From assembly GCF_006345805.1 (NCBI RefSeq), contig NC_043010.1, positions 67,828,001 through 67,892,000 on the forward strand: a stretch of 64,000 nt of DNA. The letters run 5' to 3'. The DNA is from Octopus sinensis. Taxonomy: Eukaryota. The notes beneath the pieces were generated by a model that worked only from the letters and a program-made list of their open reading frames with translations, did not search any database and was not told the origin of the DNA. A program made the position numbers and the translations under genes. Shown piece after piece: positions 18,183 through 31,089 of the stretch (the stretch's first letter is position 1; every line of letters starts with the position of its first letter).

Positions 18183-18380
18183 CAATATGTTACATTACTC
18201 GGTAGTCAAGATAAAACTCTGAGTTTCAGATGCCGAAGTGGAAATCCACAACACCATCTCTTCGGTTATCTGGCTATTTCCAGAAATAGCCAGATAACCG
18301 AAGAGATGGTGTTGTGGATTTCCACTTCGGCATCTGAAACTCAGAGTTTTATCTTGACTACCGAGTAATGTAACATATTG
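18183..18380. repeat. Perfect palindrome: 98-bp arms, 2-nt spacer, in (TA)n; probable Penelope-type terminal repeat
   Basis: 18183-18280 is the exact reverse complement of 18283-18380. A single unpaired copy lies at 50299-50387. Confidence 0.9.
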
Positions 18381-18644
18381 TATAGATATATATATATATA
18401 TATATATATATATCAACTGGTATGCATGTATGCACACACACACACACACACTGGTCTTCTTTTAGTTTCCATTACCAAGTACACTCACAAGGCTTTGGTT
18501 GGCCAGAAAACAATCGCCCAGTGACACACGGTGGGCCTGAACATGAAACCATGTGGTTGGGAAGCAAACTTCTTATTACACAGCCACATCTGCATATGCA
18601 TCACCTGATCTGGAACCCAACCTAGGCCCCCATATCTACGGCGT

Positions 18645-18790
18645 TTGCTGCTGGAATAAGGAGTGGTTGGAGATCACGCGGTCATTAGCCTCTAATCGCC
18701 AGATCTGGTCGGCATTTGTGAGAGATGCAGCATTGAGGATGAATGAAGCCAGCTCAACCCACCCCGGGTGAATGCTGTCTCAAGACAAGA
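18645..18790 (+). mobile_element. RTE-type LINE 3' end (same family as 17468-17660)
   Basis: Encodes WLEITRSLASNRQIWSAFVRDAALRMNEASSTHPG*, followed by gctgtctcaagacaaga. Confidence 0.7.
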
Positions 18791-18817
18791 AAGAGAAGAT
18801 ATACATATATCCATGAG

Positions 18818-19014
18818 TTAAGGAATGGAGTAGATAATATCCTGGCTACATATGTTTCATAGCGAGCGGGCCCCTTGGAAGTGGTAAATATCCCAGTGAG
18901 GTGTACAGCGCAGGCCACTCTTCAGTATACACCTCGCTTGCACATTTACCACTTCCGTGGTCCCACTTGCTATGAAACATATGTAGTCCGGATCTTTTGT
19001 GCTCCATTCCTTAA
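18818..19014. mobile_element. Foldback MITE with TTAA flanks and GG..CC termini (Kolobok-like)
   Basis: ttaa|GGAATGGAG...CTCCATTCC|ttaa, plus nested inner inverted repeats (ctacatatgtttcatagc, ggaagtggtaaat, gaggtgta). Confidence 0.65.
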
Positions 19015-19092
19015 CTCTTGTATTTTATTCACATAGCTGACAACTCAGCCTGCCTACTGTGAAATTTATTTTATTTATGCACCCTTTTTCAA

Positions 19093-19381
19093 GCCTAGCC
19101 ATGCTCATGGGCCTGGTTTCCCTGTTTCTATGGCGTATGTGTTCCTCCCCAGCTGGACGGTACGCCAGTCCATCGCAGCGTTACTCAAGAAACAGGAAGA
19201 AAGAGTGAGAGAAAGTTGGGGCGAAAGAGTACAACAGGGGTCTCCACCCCCCCAGCTGGAGCCTCGTGGAGCTTTGGGTGTTTTTGCTCAATAAGCACAC
19301 ACAACGCCCAGTCTGGGAATCGAAACCACGATCCTCCAACCACGAATCCGCTGCCCTAACCACTGGGCCATTGTGCCTCCA
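19093..19381 (-). mobile_element. SINE group C (tRNA-derived)
   Basis: Head gtggaggcacaatggcccagtggttaggg..ggtttcgattccc, related to 23810-24050. Confidence 0.7.
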
Positions 19382-19384
19382 CCT

Positions 19385-19570
19385 ATTTCTTTACTACCCA
19401 CAAGGGGCTAAACACAGAGAAGACAAACGGATTAAGTCGATTACATCGACCCCAGTGCGTAACTGGTACTTAATTTATCGACCCTTGAAAGGAATTTGAA
19501 CTCAGAACGTAACAGCAGACGAAATACGGCTACGCATTTCGCCCGGCGTGCTAACATTTCTACCAGCTCG
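19385..19570 (-). mobile_element. SINE group A (A2 tail, internal deletion)
   Basis: Matches the group A consensus in the window. Confidence 0.75.
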
Positions 19571-19856
19571 TCTCCACATTTTTTTCATTTCCCTGCATTT
19601 AATGCATCCATATTGTGTATGGGAGACCAAGTGTTGTAGACCAAGGAGCTGGATGAATATAAGTCCGCTAGGAACAATGATTGTTACTAACAATAAAGTA
19701 TTGACAACAAGCCAAAATATCAGAGTCAGAACACATTTATGGAAAATTGCTTACAGTGCATCGGCAGTTATGTGGAGAACTCATAGCATCTCATTCTACC
19801 TCCTTCCTCAGCATACATAATCAAAACTGGATATGTGGTTTACATTATTTAATGGC

Positions 19857-20260
19857 TCTCTTTACTCTTTTACTTGTTTCAGTCATTTGACTGCGGCCAT
19901 GCTGGAGCACCGCCTTTAAGCGAGCAACTCGACCCTGGGACTTATTCTTTTGTAAGCCTAGTACTTATTCTATTGGTCTCTTGTGCCGAACCGCTAAGTA
20001 ACGGGGACATAAACACACCAGCATCGGTTGTCAAGCAATGCTAGGGGGACAAACACATACACATAAACACAAACATGCATATATATATATATACATATAT
20101 ATGATGGGTTTCTTTCAGTTTCCGTCTACCAAATCCACTCACAAGGCTTTGGTCGGCTCGAGGCTGTAGTAGAAGACACTTGCCCAAGGTGCCACGCAGT
20201 GGGACTGAACCCGGAACCATGTGGTTGGTAAACAAGCTACTTACCACACAGCCACTCCTG
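19857..20260 (-). mobile_element. Full-length SINE group B (head, CORE-like domain, internal microsatellite, second module, gtaaaagag tail)
   Basis: Colinear with 28095-28635, 32475-32870, 33830-34200 and 52203-52612. Confidence 0.85.
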
Positions 20261-20292
20261 CTGTATTACTTTTAAGAAGCAGTCTTTTAATA

Positions 20293-20613
20293 ATCTAAAT
20301 CAGTGGTTCTCAAATGGTGTCCACACAAACAAAATAGTAAATAGGGAATCTGTAGCAATATATTAAGGATCCAAGAAAAAATTTTGCTTTAGACATATTT
20401 AATGCATCTACGTTTTTTTTTCCTAACATCTTATGTAGTTCAACCTACACAAGTGAATGTGTGAAAAAGAAAATAGGAATTTTGAAAGAAGTATCTATAA
20501 AACTAGTCAGTAAACATTGACTGGCAATGAGGGTCCACCAGAAAAGAATAGTGATTAAAGGGGTCCATAAGTAAAAAAAAAAAAAAAAATGGGTGAGAAC
20601 CACTGATCAAAAT
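20293..20613. mobile_element. hAT-like MITE (20301-20605)
   Basis: TIRs CAGTGGTTCTCA / TGAGAACCACTG, with 8-bp TSD atctaaat / atcaaaat (7 of 8 match). Confidence 0.8.
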
Positions 20614-20964
20614 GAACATTCTCCAAGAAAAGTGTAAAGAATATTAAACTTTCATCTGCCTTTCAAGCTATTTGCAACAAGTGGATGACAACAAAAACAT
20701 AGCAGTGGTGTGCCACCCTGGTGGCTGATTGCAATAATACAAAATATCACATCAAAAGTACAAGTTTTACATCCTGTACAGCAATTCTCTTAACCATCAT
20801 ACAAACAACTATAGAGATGACCTGACTAAACTGAAATACATTACTTATATAGGATAAATTAATGGTTTTCATAGCTTATTTCAGAAATACAATCACAGCA
20901 TTGAATTCACATAGATAGAATCATACCCCACTCTACTCCCCAAAAAACCTCTTTTAATAATCGT

Positions 20965-21482
20965 TTCTACTGATGACACAAAGCCTGAAATTTTGGGTGA
21001 GGGACTAGTCGATTACATCGACCCCCAAAAGGATGAAAGGCAAAGTCAACCTCGGAAGAATCTGAACTCAGAACGTAAAGACAGACAAAATGCTGCTAAG
21101 CATTTTGCTTGGTGTTTTAGCAATTCTGCCAGCTTGCCACTTCAGAATCAGAATAAGAAGAAGAATAAGAATGAGAATGAGAATGAGAAGGAGAAGAAGA
21201 AGAAGAAAAATAAGAAGAAAAATAATAAAATAATAAGAAAAATAAGATGAAAAAGAAGAAGAAGATGATCCTTTCTACTATAGGCACAAGGCCTGAAATT
21301 TGGAGGAGGAAGCTAGTCGATTATATTGACCCCAGTATTCAACTGGTACTTATTTCATCAACTCTGAAAGGATGAAAGGCAAAGTCAACCTCGGTGAAAT
21401 TTGAACTCAGAACATAGCAGCAGGCGAAATGCCGCTAAGCATCTCACCTGGCATGCTAACGATTCTGCCAGCTCATTGCCTT
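20965..21482 (-). mobile_element. Two SINE group A copies separated by an (AAG/AAT)n tract
   Basis: Match the group A consensus. Confidence 0.8.
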
Positions 21483-21784
21483 AAAACTTCTTTTAATAAT
21501 GTATGATGAAACATACAAAATTTGTTTGTTTTTTCTGAGAAAATATACTTGTGAAATAGTGGTGCATTTTTATACACCAACAGAGTATACACTAGTGTAT
21601 TACCTGTCATACAATGTGTGACTTTTGGAAATATTTCAGGAAATGTGGTATGCAATCATTATAATTTAACTTTCATCAAATTTATTGGTGCTTATAAAAA
21701 GAAAAAAAATATGATAAAATGAAAACTAATAATCAAATGAAAAATATGACCATAAAATAAAAACAAAAATAAACAAATTTCTTA

Positions 21785-22156
21785 TCTCTCTCTATATAAA
21801 CGGCAGTTTGTCTGTGTGTCTGTTAGGTTGTACCCTCACCCTGACCACGGCTTTCAATCGATTCTGATGAAACTCGACACACACATAGCCCAATGTCATA
21901 ATTCAAAACTAACGCAGCGAAAATTTTGAAAAGTTCCCCCAGTTCTGAAAAAAATCGATAAATTCGACATGGGGTCAAGAATCAGAAACACAAACCACAG
22001 ACTGTCTAGGGGACGCAACTCGACCTTTTTAACTCTCAAAAAAAGTTACCATCATTTTATTTACATTTTTTTTGCTGTTTTTTGGCTATAACTCTCTAAA
22101 AATGCTTTATAGTTATTTCCCTTACAAACCCGAGCAACGCCGGGCGATACTGCTAG
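21785..22156 (+). mobile_element. Non-autonomous Helitron
   Basis: A|TC 5' end, subterminal hairpin cccgagcaacgccggg, CTAG|T 3' end, no TSD. Confidence 0.85.
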
Positions 22157-22799
22157 TTTGTAATAAATGTTATTAAATAATGATGATAGTATTTTTCAAA
22201 ATTTTATCAACATAATTACTACCTACTCCATTGAGAAACTATATCTGCAAAAATTTCACAGAAAAATATATGTTTAAGTTACATTTTAGAGAAATTTCAT
22301 CACAATCATTTAAAAACTACCCCAAAGAAGAGGCAATGAAAACTATTTTATAGCTAAATAAATAAATAGAGGCATTTCCCCCTTCCATTTTTCAATGCAT
22401 TTGTGGAGACAAAAGATATTACAGAATTCTAAGATTTTACACTAGTTAATTTTGATGACCATTCACAACTTTTCTGCACTACCCCCATCCAGAAATCGAA
22501 AACAGAGAAAGATACACTCCACCCTTATTGTCTAAGATTCCATAAGCCAGAAAATATACGTACTTATTTTATTTGTTAATAGAACAGGTAGATTAATCGA
22601 AGCATGCATCATTACAGATACATTTCAGCTGATTTTATCAATCAGTTTTGCACTGATATCTGGATAACCAGATATCAGATAACAGTAGGCTTAAGAAACA
22701 CTCTCGGCTCTTTCCTTCTCTAAAGAGATCCCGTTATCTAATCCCAGTGGGACATTAATTGGCAGGATCAGCTGAAGTAGTCTGTAATACTGTATACTT

Positions 22800-22946
22800 T
22801 GATATATATGTGTGTGTATACATACATTATATATATATATATATAGATATATATATATATATGTACGTACATTATATATACATACATATATATATATATA
22901 CATAATATACATATACATACATATATACATATATATACATATATAC

Positions 22947-22993
<47 letters not shown>

Positions 22994-23050
22994 CATATAT
23001 ACATACATACATTATATATATATATACATATATACATATATACATTATAC

Positions 23051-23131
<81 letters not shown>

Positions 23132-23250
23132 TATCTATATATATATATATATTATATATATATACATATATATATATATATACATATATATACATATATA
23201 TATATATATATTATATATATATATACATATATGTATATATATATATATAG

Positions 23251-23281
<31 letters not shown>

Positions 23282-23302
23282 AATATATATATACATATAA
23301 TA

Positions 23303-23336
<34 letters not shown>

Positions 23337-23378
23337 CATATATATAATATACATATATATTATATATACATATATATA

Positions 23379-23427
<49 letters not shown>

Positions 23428-23428
23428 C

Positions 23429-23483
<55 letters not shown>

Positions 23484-23511
23484 CATATATATATATACAT
23501 ATATATATACA

Positions 23512-23584
<73 letters not shown>

Positions 23585-23808
23585 TGTATATATATATATA
23601 TATATATATACATATGTATATATATATGTATATATATATATATGTACGTACATTATATATACATGCATTATATATGCTTACATGTATTATATATACTTAC
23701 ATGCATTATATATATACATGCATTATATATATATACTTACATTATATATACATACATACATTATATATACATACATACATTATATATACATACATTATAT
23801 ATACACAG
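22800..23808. repeat. ~1-kb compound (TA)n/(TACA)n microsatellite
   Basis: Direct reading; it is the source of the YI-repeat ORFs. Confidence 0.95.
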
Positions 23809-23809
23809 T

Positions 23810-24050
23810 GTGGAGGCGCATGGCTTAGTGGCTAGGGTGTCAGCATCATGATCGTAAAATTGTGGTTTCGATTCCTGGACCGGGCGACGCGTTGTGTTCT
23901 TGTGCAAAACACTTCATTTGACGTGGCTCCAGTCCACTCAACTGGCAAAAATGAGTAACGCTGCGATGGACTGGCGTCCCGTCCAGCTGGGGAACACATA
24001 CACCATTGAAACCAGGAAACCGGGCCCATGAACCTGGGTAGGCTTTAAAA
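23810..24050 (+). mobile_element. SINE group C (tRNA head, CORE-like and V-domain-like segments)
   Basis: tggcttagtgg A box, ggtttcgattcc B box, gttgtgttcttg..aacacttcatt, ctgcgatggactggcgtcccgtccag. Domain names are from recall. Confidence 0.75.
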
Positions 24051-24082
24051 GGGTGCATTTATTTTATTATATATACATACAT

Positions 24083-24117
<35 letters not shown>

Positions 24118-24848
24118 TATATAGTAGGCTTAATAAGATATGTATTATTCTCTAAATTCATCCTGCCACAAATATAACAAGAGGAAAGAAAGTAATTATT
24201 TTGTTTTCTAGAATTGATATAAATTTGTTAAAAATGCTTTATCCTTTATGTTGGAAATCTATATGGTCATTTACGTCTGAGGAGAGTGGTTTCTTTCAAA
24301 TTGATGTAATGTTTTCAATGATCGATTAAATGCAGCCACTCGAAACGGCTGTAATGCATCAATATCTGGACATCCTTGTTACTTATTTACATTTTGTTCA
24401 CCTAACTTGGAGCTGCACAGATTATACCAAACTGGTGCTTGGTGCCTCAATTTAAGAAATACTTAATTCACCTGAATCTTAATTGCATATATATATGAGT
24501 GTGTGTGTATATATCAGACAAGAGATAATAAAGGAATAAATGATTACCTTAAGAACTTAATTAGCTAACTGTTAATTCCTTTGTCATCTCTTTTCTTATT
24601 ATTGCTCTGTACTCGACTAAAGCTTTGTTCAGAGGAATACATTTATTGAGTTTTACACCAGGTTATTAGTATCACAATGCCTAAGCCATGTGATTGGCTT
24701 GAAAATTTGTTAAGATATTGTCTTAAGATGAAACCAATAGTAGCCTTAATACACAAATAAAGAAATTTTATCCACTGATGTGGTGTTGAGCACTCATTAT
24801 CATTGTTTGATATTTATGTATGTATGTGTATGTGGGTGTGTGAATACA

Positions 24849-25082
24849 TACAAGGTTGGCCAAAAGACAGCTGACAGCAAATCAAAACCATTTAATTCCA
24901 AGATTTATTTATGATTTACAAATTATTGAATTTAATAAAAGCATCTACGAAACATCGTGAAAATTGTTCAAACTGAAGTCCTTCTCGAGTGACACATTTT
25001 CCCCATTTGAGTCAATACAGAATTAAAGATAGTATTTATGGCAGGTTGATTTATTGTCAGGTGACTTTTGGCCTACCTTGTA
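24849..25082. mobile_element. Tc1/mariner-type MITE (230 bp)
   Basis: TA|CAAGGTTGGCCAAAAGACAGCTGACA ... TGTCAGGTGACTTTTGGCCTACCTTG|TA (23 of 26 paired). Confidence 0.8.
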
Positions 25083-25794
25083 CATAAGAACATATACACA
25101 AGTGTGTGTATGTTTAGATGTCTAGACAATATTATTTTTCTTAATAGAGAAACAAAATGTGTTCAGTACACTTGTACAGAGAGTCTTGTGGAGAATAACA
25201 TGCATGTAAGAGAGAGAGAGAGAGAGAGAACTAGATAGATAGATGGATAGATAGAGAGAGAGAGAACTATATAGGTAGGTAGATAGAGAGAGAGAGAGAG
25301 AGAAAGAATAAGTGTATGTTTAGTAAACTGCTACATGTGTACCAAGACTTCACACCAATATCAAAGAATTTAGTCAAAGCAAGCGTCAGTGGACCATCTG
25401 GATACTGGCAATAAAATGCCATAGTAGGGACTTAATATAGGTTCCAAAATACACACGTTTATATATATTTATAAAATAACATATACACAAACATTAAAAT
25501 AATTTAGTCTTGTAATGAAAGAGATGCTGAGCTAAAAGACATACATTTGAATAGGATAAAATAGGACAGGATAATGACCCTTCCTGAGTCATAGAGATTT
25601 ATAGGGCAGGTTTCCTGGTTTCAGTAGTGTATATACCCCGCCCCCACTGGATGGGAAATGAAGTGTTTGCTCAAGAGCACAACGTGTCACCAATCCAGGA
25701 ATCGAAACCACAATCTTATGATCACGAGTCCACCACCCTAACCACTAATGCCATGCACCTCCACTTGAATAGCATACTATATCATCATCACTGT

Positions 25795-26024
25795 TTAACC
25801 CTTTCATTACTGTATTTATTTTGAAATGCTCTGTGTTTCTTTCAATTAATTTTAAATATAACAAAGAATTTAGTAAAATAACTTAGTTATCATTAAGCTA
25901 GTGTTAGGAATATAAATTGTGACTAAAGTTTGGTGGAAGATTTTAATTCAAAACTTATGAAAACAAGACATTTGTACTACAGAACCAGAGGCAGTTTCAG
26001 CCAGGTTGGTATCGAAAGGGTTAA
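25795..26024 (+). mobile_element. piggyBac-like MITE family F, solo copy
   Basis: TTAA|CCCTTTC...GAAAGGG|TTAA, homologous to 13416-13634. Confidence 0.85.
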
Positions 26025-26819
26025 TTTCCACTTGCTGTTGTTTGTCAACAACAACTTCCATTGTTTGTGCGTTTGTACTGGTTTTAAGGATTCTAGGGTT
26101 AGGGTTGTCATAAATAACAGTGACAAACGAAAAATACACCATTGGAAGTTCTTGTTGACAAACAACAGCAGTAATTTTATTCAGCTGAATGCACGTCATT
26201 GATTGGTTGAAATTACCGAAATATGACTACTTTAACATGAAATAACTTTGTAAATATAAGTTTTTCTCAAAAACGCTAAGAGTAAAAGATGTTTTATAAG
26301 ACACATTCTACCAGTGTCCGAAGTTTGAAAGTGTTCAGTTACAAAAAATTATTTTTTAATTCTGCAGGTCAAAAAGTAAAAATCCAGTGGAAAATAGTGG
26401 CCAACCCGTAACAATTTAGAAAACTGTTATTCATCTTGAGAAAGCATCTCGTATAGATGTATAGTGCTAAAAAGCACAGAAGTGCAACAGCAGCAAAAGA
26501 AAAGTTCAGGCTTTCTACATTTTATCTACCTTAAGATATACAGGATGCTATTCTGAACTAATACAGCTTCCATCACTAATAACAAATACATTTGAATACA
26601 TTTAGATATGTAGACAGTGAGATGCTTACACAGTGGGATTAATATGAAAAATTCTACTGGCAGAATATGAACAATAGTACTATATAGAATGCTGTATGGT
26701 AACAGCAGGGGCCACGCACGTTTATGAATGTGTGCAGACTTCATAGTTTTTAACTAATTTTTTTTTTATATAGCAATGGATAACTATATATACCAATTCA
26801 CCTGTGTGAATGTATACAT

Positions 26820-27145
26820 GCGTGAACACACACACACACATATATATGTATATATATATATACATACATACACATATATATATATATATAACCCATGCTA
26901 GCATGGAAAGCGGACGTTAAACGATGATGATATATATATATATACACATACATACAAACATACATATATATACATACATACAAACATACATATATATACA
27001 TACATACATACATACATATATATATACATACATATATATACATACAAACATATATATACATACATACATACATATATATATATACATACATACATACAAA
27101 CATACATACGTATATATATATATATATATATACATACATACATAC

Positions 27146-27176
<31 letters not shown>

Positions 27177-27284
27177 CATACAAACATACATACATATATA
27201 TATACATACAAACACATGCATATATATATATATACATACAAACATGCATATATATATATATATATTATATACATACATACATAC

Positions 27285-27315
<31 letters not shown>

Positions 27316-27385
27316 CATACAAACATACATACATATATATATACATACAAACACATGCATATATATATATATATACATACAAACA

Positions 27386-27420
<35 letters not shown>

Positions 27421-27485
27421 CATACATATATATAGTTACAAACATGCATACACACACACACACATATATATACACATACATACAT
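26820..27485. repeat. Compound (TA)n/(CATA)n microsatellite with recurring catacaaacat units
   Basis: Direct reading. Confidence 0.9.
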
Positions 27486-27687
27486 AAAAATCGTATTTTT
27501 CTGGCATGAATTTTTCAAACCAAAATTTACAGCAAAAAGCAAAAAAAAAAGGTAGGTTGGCTTATAGACAAACATGACATTGGAGGACCAGAGATTCCAT
27601 GTGAAATGCAGAAAGATAATGGAAAGATAGTGACGATGTTTGAATGTTTACACTCTATACTATGTTGGCTTGTATGCCAGAAAATAC

Positions 27688-27720
<33 letters not shown>

Positions 27721-27894
27721 ATACATACACATACATAAATGAAAAATCATATTTGGCCCTGAAAGGTGCCAACAACAATTTATACTGACATACACAAATA
27801 ATAAAATATGTACTCCCATATAACATGGACAATGATGGTGATATATATGTATATATGCATCAAATATATATAATATATATAGATCAGTAGCCAC

Positions 27895-28059
27895 TACACA
27901 CATTTTTTTCTCTCCTTGTTTCTTTATCTGTTCCTTTCTGTAGAAGAGCGTAGGCTCGAAACATTAAAGACTTTTTCAATTCCCGAGCGGTATACTAATA
28001 CATCTGTTTGTTTTCTACAACACCAGTCTTCGTCTTTTGTTTTTTTCGTGAATTCTCCC

Positions 28060-28060
<1 letters not shown>
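27895..28060 (+). mobile_element. ~200-bp (TA)n-associated repeat with hammerhead-like motif (Penelope-type terminal repeat)
   Basis: ctttCTGTAGAagagcgtaggctcGAAACATTaaag; homologous to 30345, 54165 and 62675. Confidence 0.65.
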
Positions 28061-28094
<34 letters not shown>

Positions 28095-28098
<4 letters not shown>

Positions 28099-28257
28099 CG
28101 TAGGAGTGGCTGTGTGGTAAGTAGCTTGTTTATGAACCACATGGTTCCAGGTTCAGTCCCACTGCGTGGCACCTTGGGGAAGCATCTTCTACTATGGCCT
28201 TGGGCCGACCAAAGCCTTGTGAGTGGATTTGGTAGATGGAAACTGAAAGAAGCCCGT

Positions 28258-28302
<45 letters not shown>

Positions 28303-28336
28303 CTGAAAAAATATATACACAACGGGCTTCTTTCAG

Positions 28337-28385
<49 letters not shown>

Positions 28386-28635
28386 TATAATATATGTATG
28401 TGTGTGTGTGTATATGTTTGTGTATCTGTGTTTGCCCCCCCACTCCAACCCTCCAATATCACTTGACAACCGATGGTGGTGTATTTACGTCCCTGTAACT
28501 TAGCAGTTTGGCAAACGAGACCGATAGAATAAGTATTAGGCTTACAAAGAATAAGTCCAGAGATCGATTTGCTTGACTAAAGACGGTGCTCCAGCATGGG
28601 CACAGTCAACATGACTGAAACAAGTAAAAGAGTAT
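28095..28635 (+). mobile_element. Full-length SINE group B with expanded internal (TA)n
   Basis: Colinear with the other group B copies. Confidence 0.85.
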
Positions 28636-29046
28636 ATATATATATATATATAGTACAAACATATACAGACATCTAGTGGTGGTGTGTCCTTGGGTATGTT
28701 CTGTGCATGTTATCCTTCTCCAGCCATTGGATAGGCTACTGGAACTATGGTCAGCCAAGATGAGACTTTGGGATGAATGCAGGAGAGGTTTCCTATTGCC
28801 GTCTCCAGGCAGGTGGGATTTGAACTGAGAATGCAGAGAGTGGGAAGATATACCGTAAAGGATTTCTGCCAACGTGCCAATGATTCTGGCACACTACCAC
28901 CTGGAGAGCAATGAGAAATGAGGTGTTTTTCTCAAGAGCACAACATGCTGCCCTGATCAGGAATTGAACCCATGATCTGGCAATTGTGAGTGTAACACCC
29001 TAACCACTAGGCCATGTGCTTTCAAATACACACACGTGTGTATATG

Positions 29047-29390
29047 TGAAGGTGCAATGGCTTAGTGGTTAGAGCATTGGGCTTCACAATCATGAGGCAG
29101 TGAGTTCAATTCCTGGACCAGACTGTGTGTTGTGTTCTTGGTAATGTGTAGTGTCCTCGACCCTGTTCACTCAGCCATGGAAATGAGTTCACTCAGCCAT
29201 AGGAATGAGTTGCAATGGCATTGATGCCAAGCTGTATCAGCCTTTGCCTTTCCCTTGGACAACATCAGTTGTATGGGGTGGGGCGAAGACTGGTACACAT
29301 GGGTGGCTGCTAGTCTTCCAGAAACAACCTTGCCTGGACTTATGCCTCGGAGAGGAACTTTCTATGACTGAAGGGGGTCTTTATCCTCTA
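29047..29390 (+). mobile_element. SINE group C variant with a different long tail
   Basis: Group C head, then cctttgcctttcccttggacaacatc...; the reverse complement of this tail occurs at ~35120-35250. Confidence 0.65.
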
Positions 29391-29762
29391 CCTGTGTGTG
29401 TGAGAAAATGTTCCTAATTATTTTTTTAAAGCCAAAACAATGCAATTTATAAAATAAAACTTAATAACAGAGGTCAGTGGTTTGTACTTTTACCTTGCAT
29501 TTTAATATTCCAGGGTCAGTACTCCTTCTTCAGGAAATCTTCAGAGAAAAGGTATTGCCACCTGACTTCTCTGAACAGATGTCCTGAAAAAGGAATCCTA
29601 ACCCTCAAAAATTAAAATACCAGGTAATAGCACCAACCACTTAGCTGTATCATTAATTTCTCATAACTTGCATTGCTTTGACTTTAAAGATACTCAGTGA
29701 CATAAAGTTACTGGAAAAAGGATATTAATATTTGCATTGGGAACTCCTTTCATTGAAAACTG

Positions 29763-29821
29763 GTGATTGTCGTACGCTGATGACGGGTCAATACCCAGAA
29801 ACTGCAGTCCGTGCGTATCAC
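29763..29821 (+). ncRNA. Minimal type I hammerhead ribozyme motif with canonical core
   Basis: Stem I CGUACG/CGUGCG (extended by GUGAU/AUCAC), core CUGAUGA, stem II GGGU-caau-ACCC, GAAA, palindromic stem III ACUGCAGU, cleavage triplet GUC ending at 29809. Confidence 0.75.
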
Positions 29822-30211
29822 TTAGGTTGACGAGGAAAGGATGACCTCCCTTTGCAAATACCAATAGGGCACAGAAAATGTGTCAATAGCCAGCTGGAGA
29901 TGATGTTCTCCTGGGGCTACAAGCTACAGTAACACCCACCCTTAGTGGTTAGCCATATTGAGAGGGCAAATATACCTCACATTAAGAATATATATATATA
30001 ATACATATATATCAAAAATAAGGGTGAAAAAATTGGATATTAATTTACTAACATCAATTTAACACCAAGTGGTTTAGCGCATAAAAACTGGGATTCAGTA
30101 AATATTAAAACACAAATATAAGAGAGAATCCACTATGTTGAGACCATTGCAGATCTATTTTTAGCGCAAGAGCATCCACATAGTGGATTCTCTCTTATAT
30201 TTGTATGTGTG

Positions 30212-30246
<35 letters not shown>

Positions 30247-30344
30247 CAATGGTTTATGAAAACTATACTACTCTGATATATATTTTTATGTATCTATCTA
30301 TCTCTACCTACTTACCAATCTATCTACATATATATATAAAGAGA

Positions 30345-31089
30345 AAGTTTTACGAAAATAAACAAAAGATGAAGGCAGGTGGTGTACAAACAAACAGATG
30401 TATTAGTATAACGCTCAGGAATAGAAAAAGTCTTTTATGTTTCGAGCCTATGCTCTTCGACAGAAAGATACACAGAAAAAAACAAGGAGAGACACAAGGA
30501 GAGAAAAAAAATGTGTGTAGCAGCTAACAATCTATCATGGCTCAAAATTTTACAAGAAAAAACAGAAGACAGAGCCAAGACAAGTGACATGAAACAAGGT
30601 GTATTAGTTTGACACCCAAGAAAAATGGAAGAGCCATTGATGTTTCAAGCTTACACTTTCTACAGAAAGGAATTATACATATATCGTATATATGATTTAA
30701 ACTTTTACAAAAAACAGAAGACATAGACAGGTGGCAAGGAACAAGGGGTATTAGTCTTAAGAACGAGGAAAAATAGTAGTCTTTGACATTTTGAGTCTAC
30801 GCTCTTCTACAGAAATGAATGAGGAAAAAAATAAAAACAGAGAGAGACAAAAAGCATGTCTGGATTAATGATTTCACATGTTGAATGAATGAATGAATAT
30901 ATATATATATAGTTAATCCAAACAAGAAAGCACAAAAAAACACAACAACGCGAGGATGTGGAACAAATATAGTATTATTGGACGCTCAGGAAAGAAGGAG
31001 GGTTTAACGTTTCGAGCGGAGCTCTTCATCGGAAATATAGGAGAAGGAAAGATCCAGAGAAGGGAAGACAGGAAAAAAAATCGCCAACG

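Noticed and set aside
22653-22678. 11-bp perfect hairpin ctgatatctgg-ataa-ccagatatcag
   Set aside because: Too short and isolated to assign a function; intrinsic terminators do not apply here.
22691-23851. ORFs of YI/YM/HT repeats (also 26798-27575, 36873-37325, 38271-38741, 46160-46749)
   Set aside because: Translations of TA/CA microsatellites, open in several frames and both strands; no coding signal.
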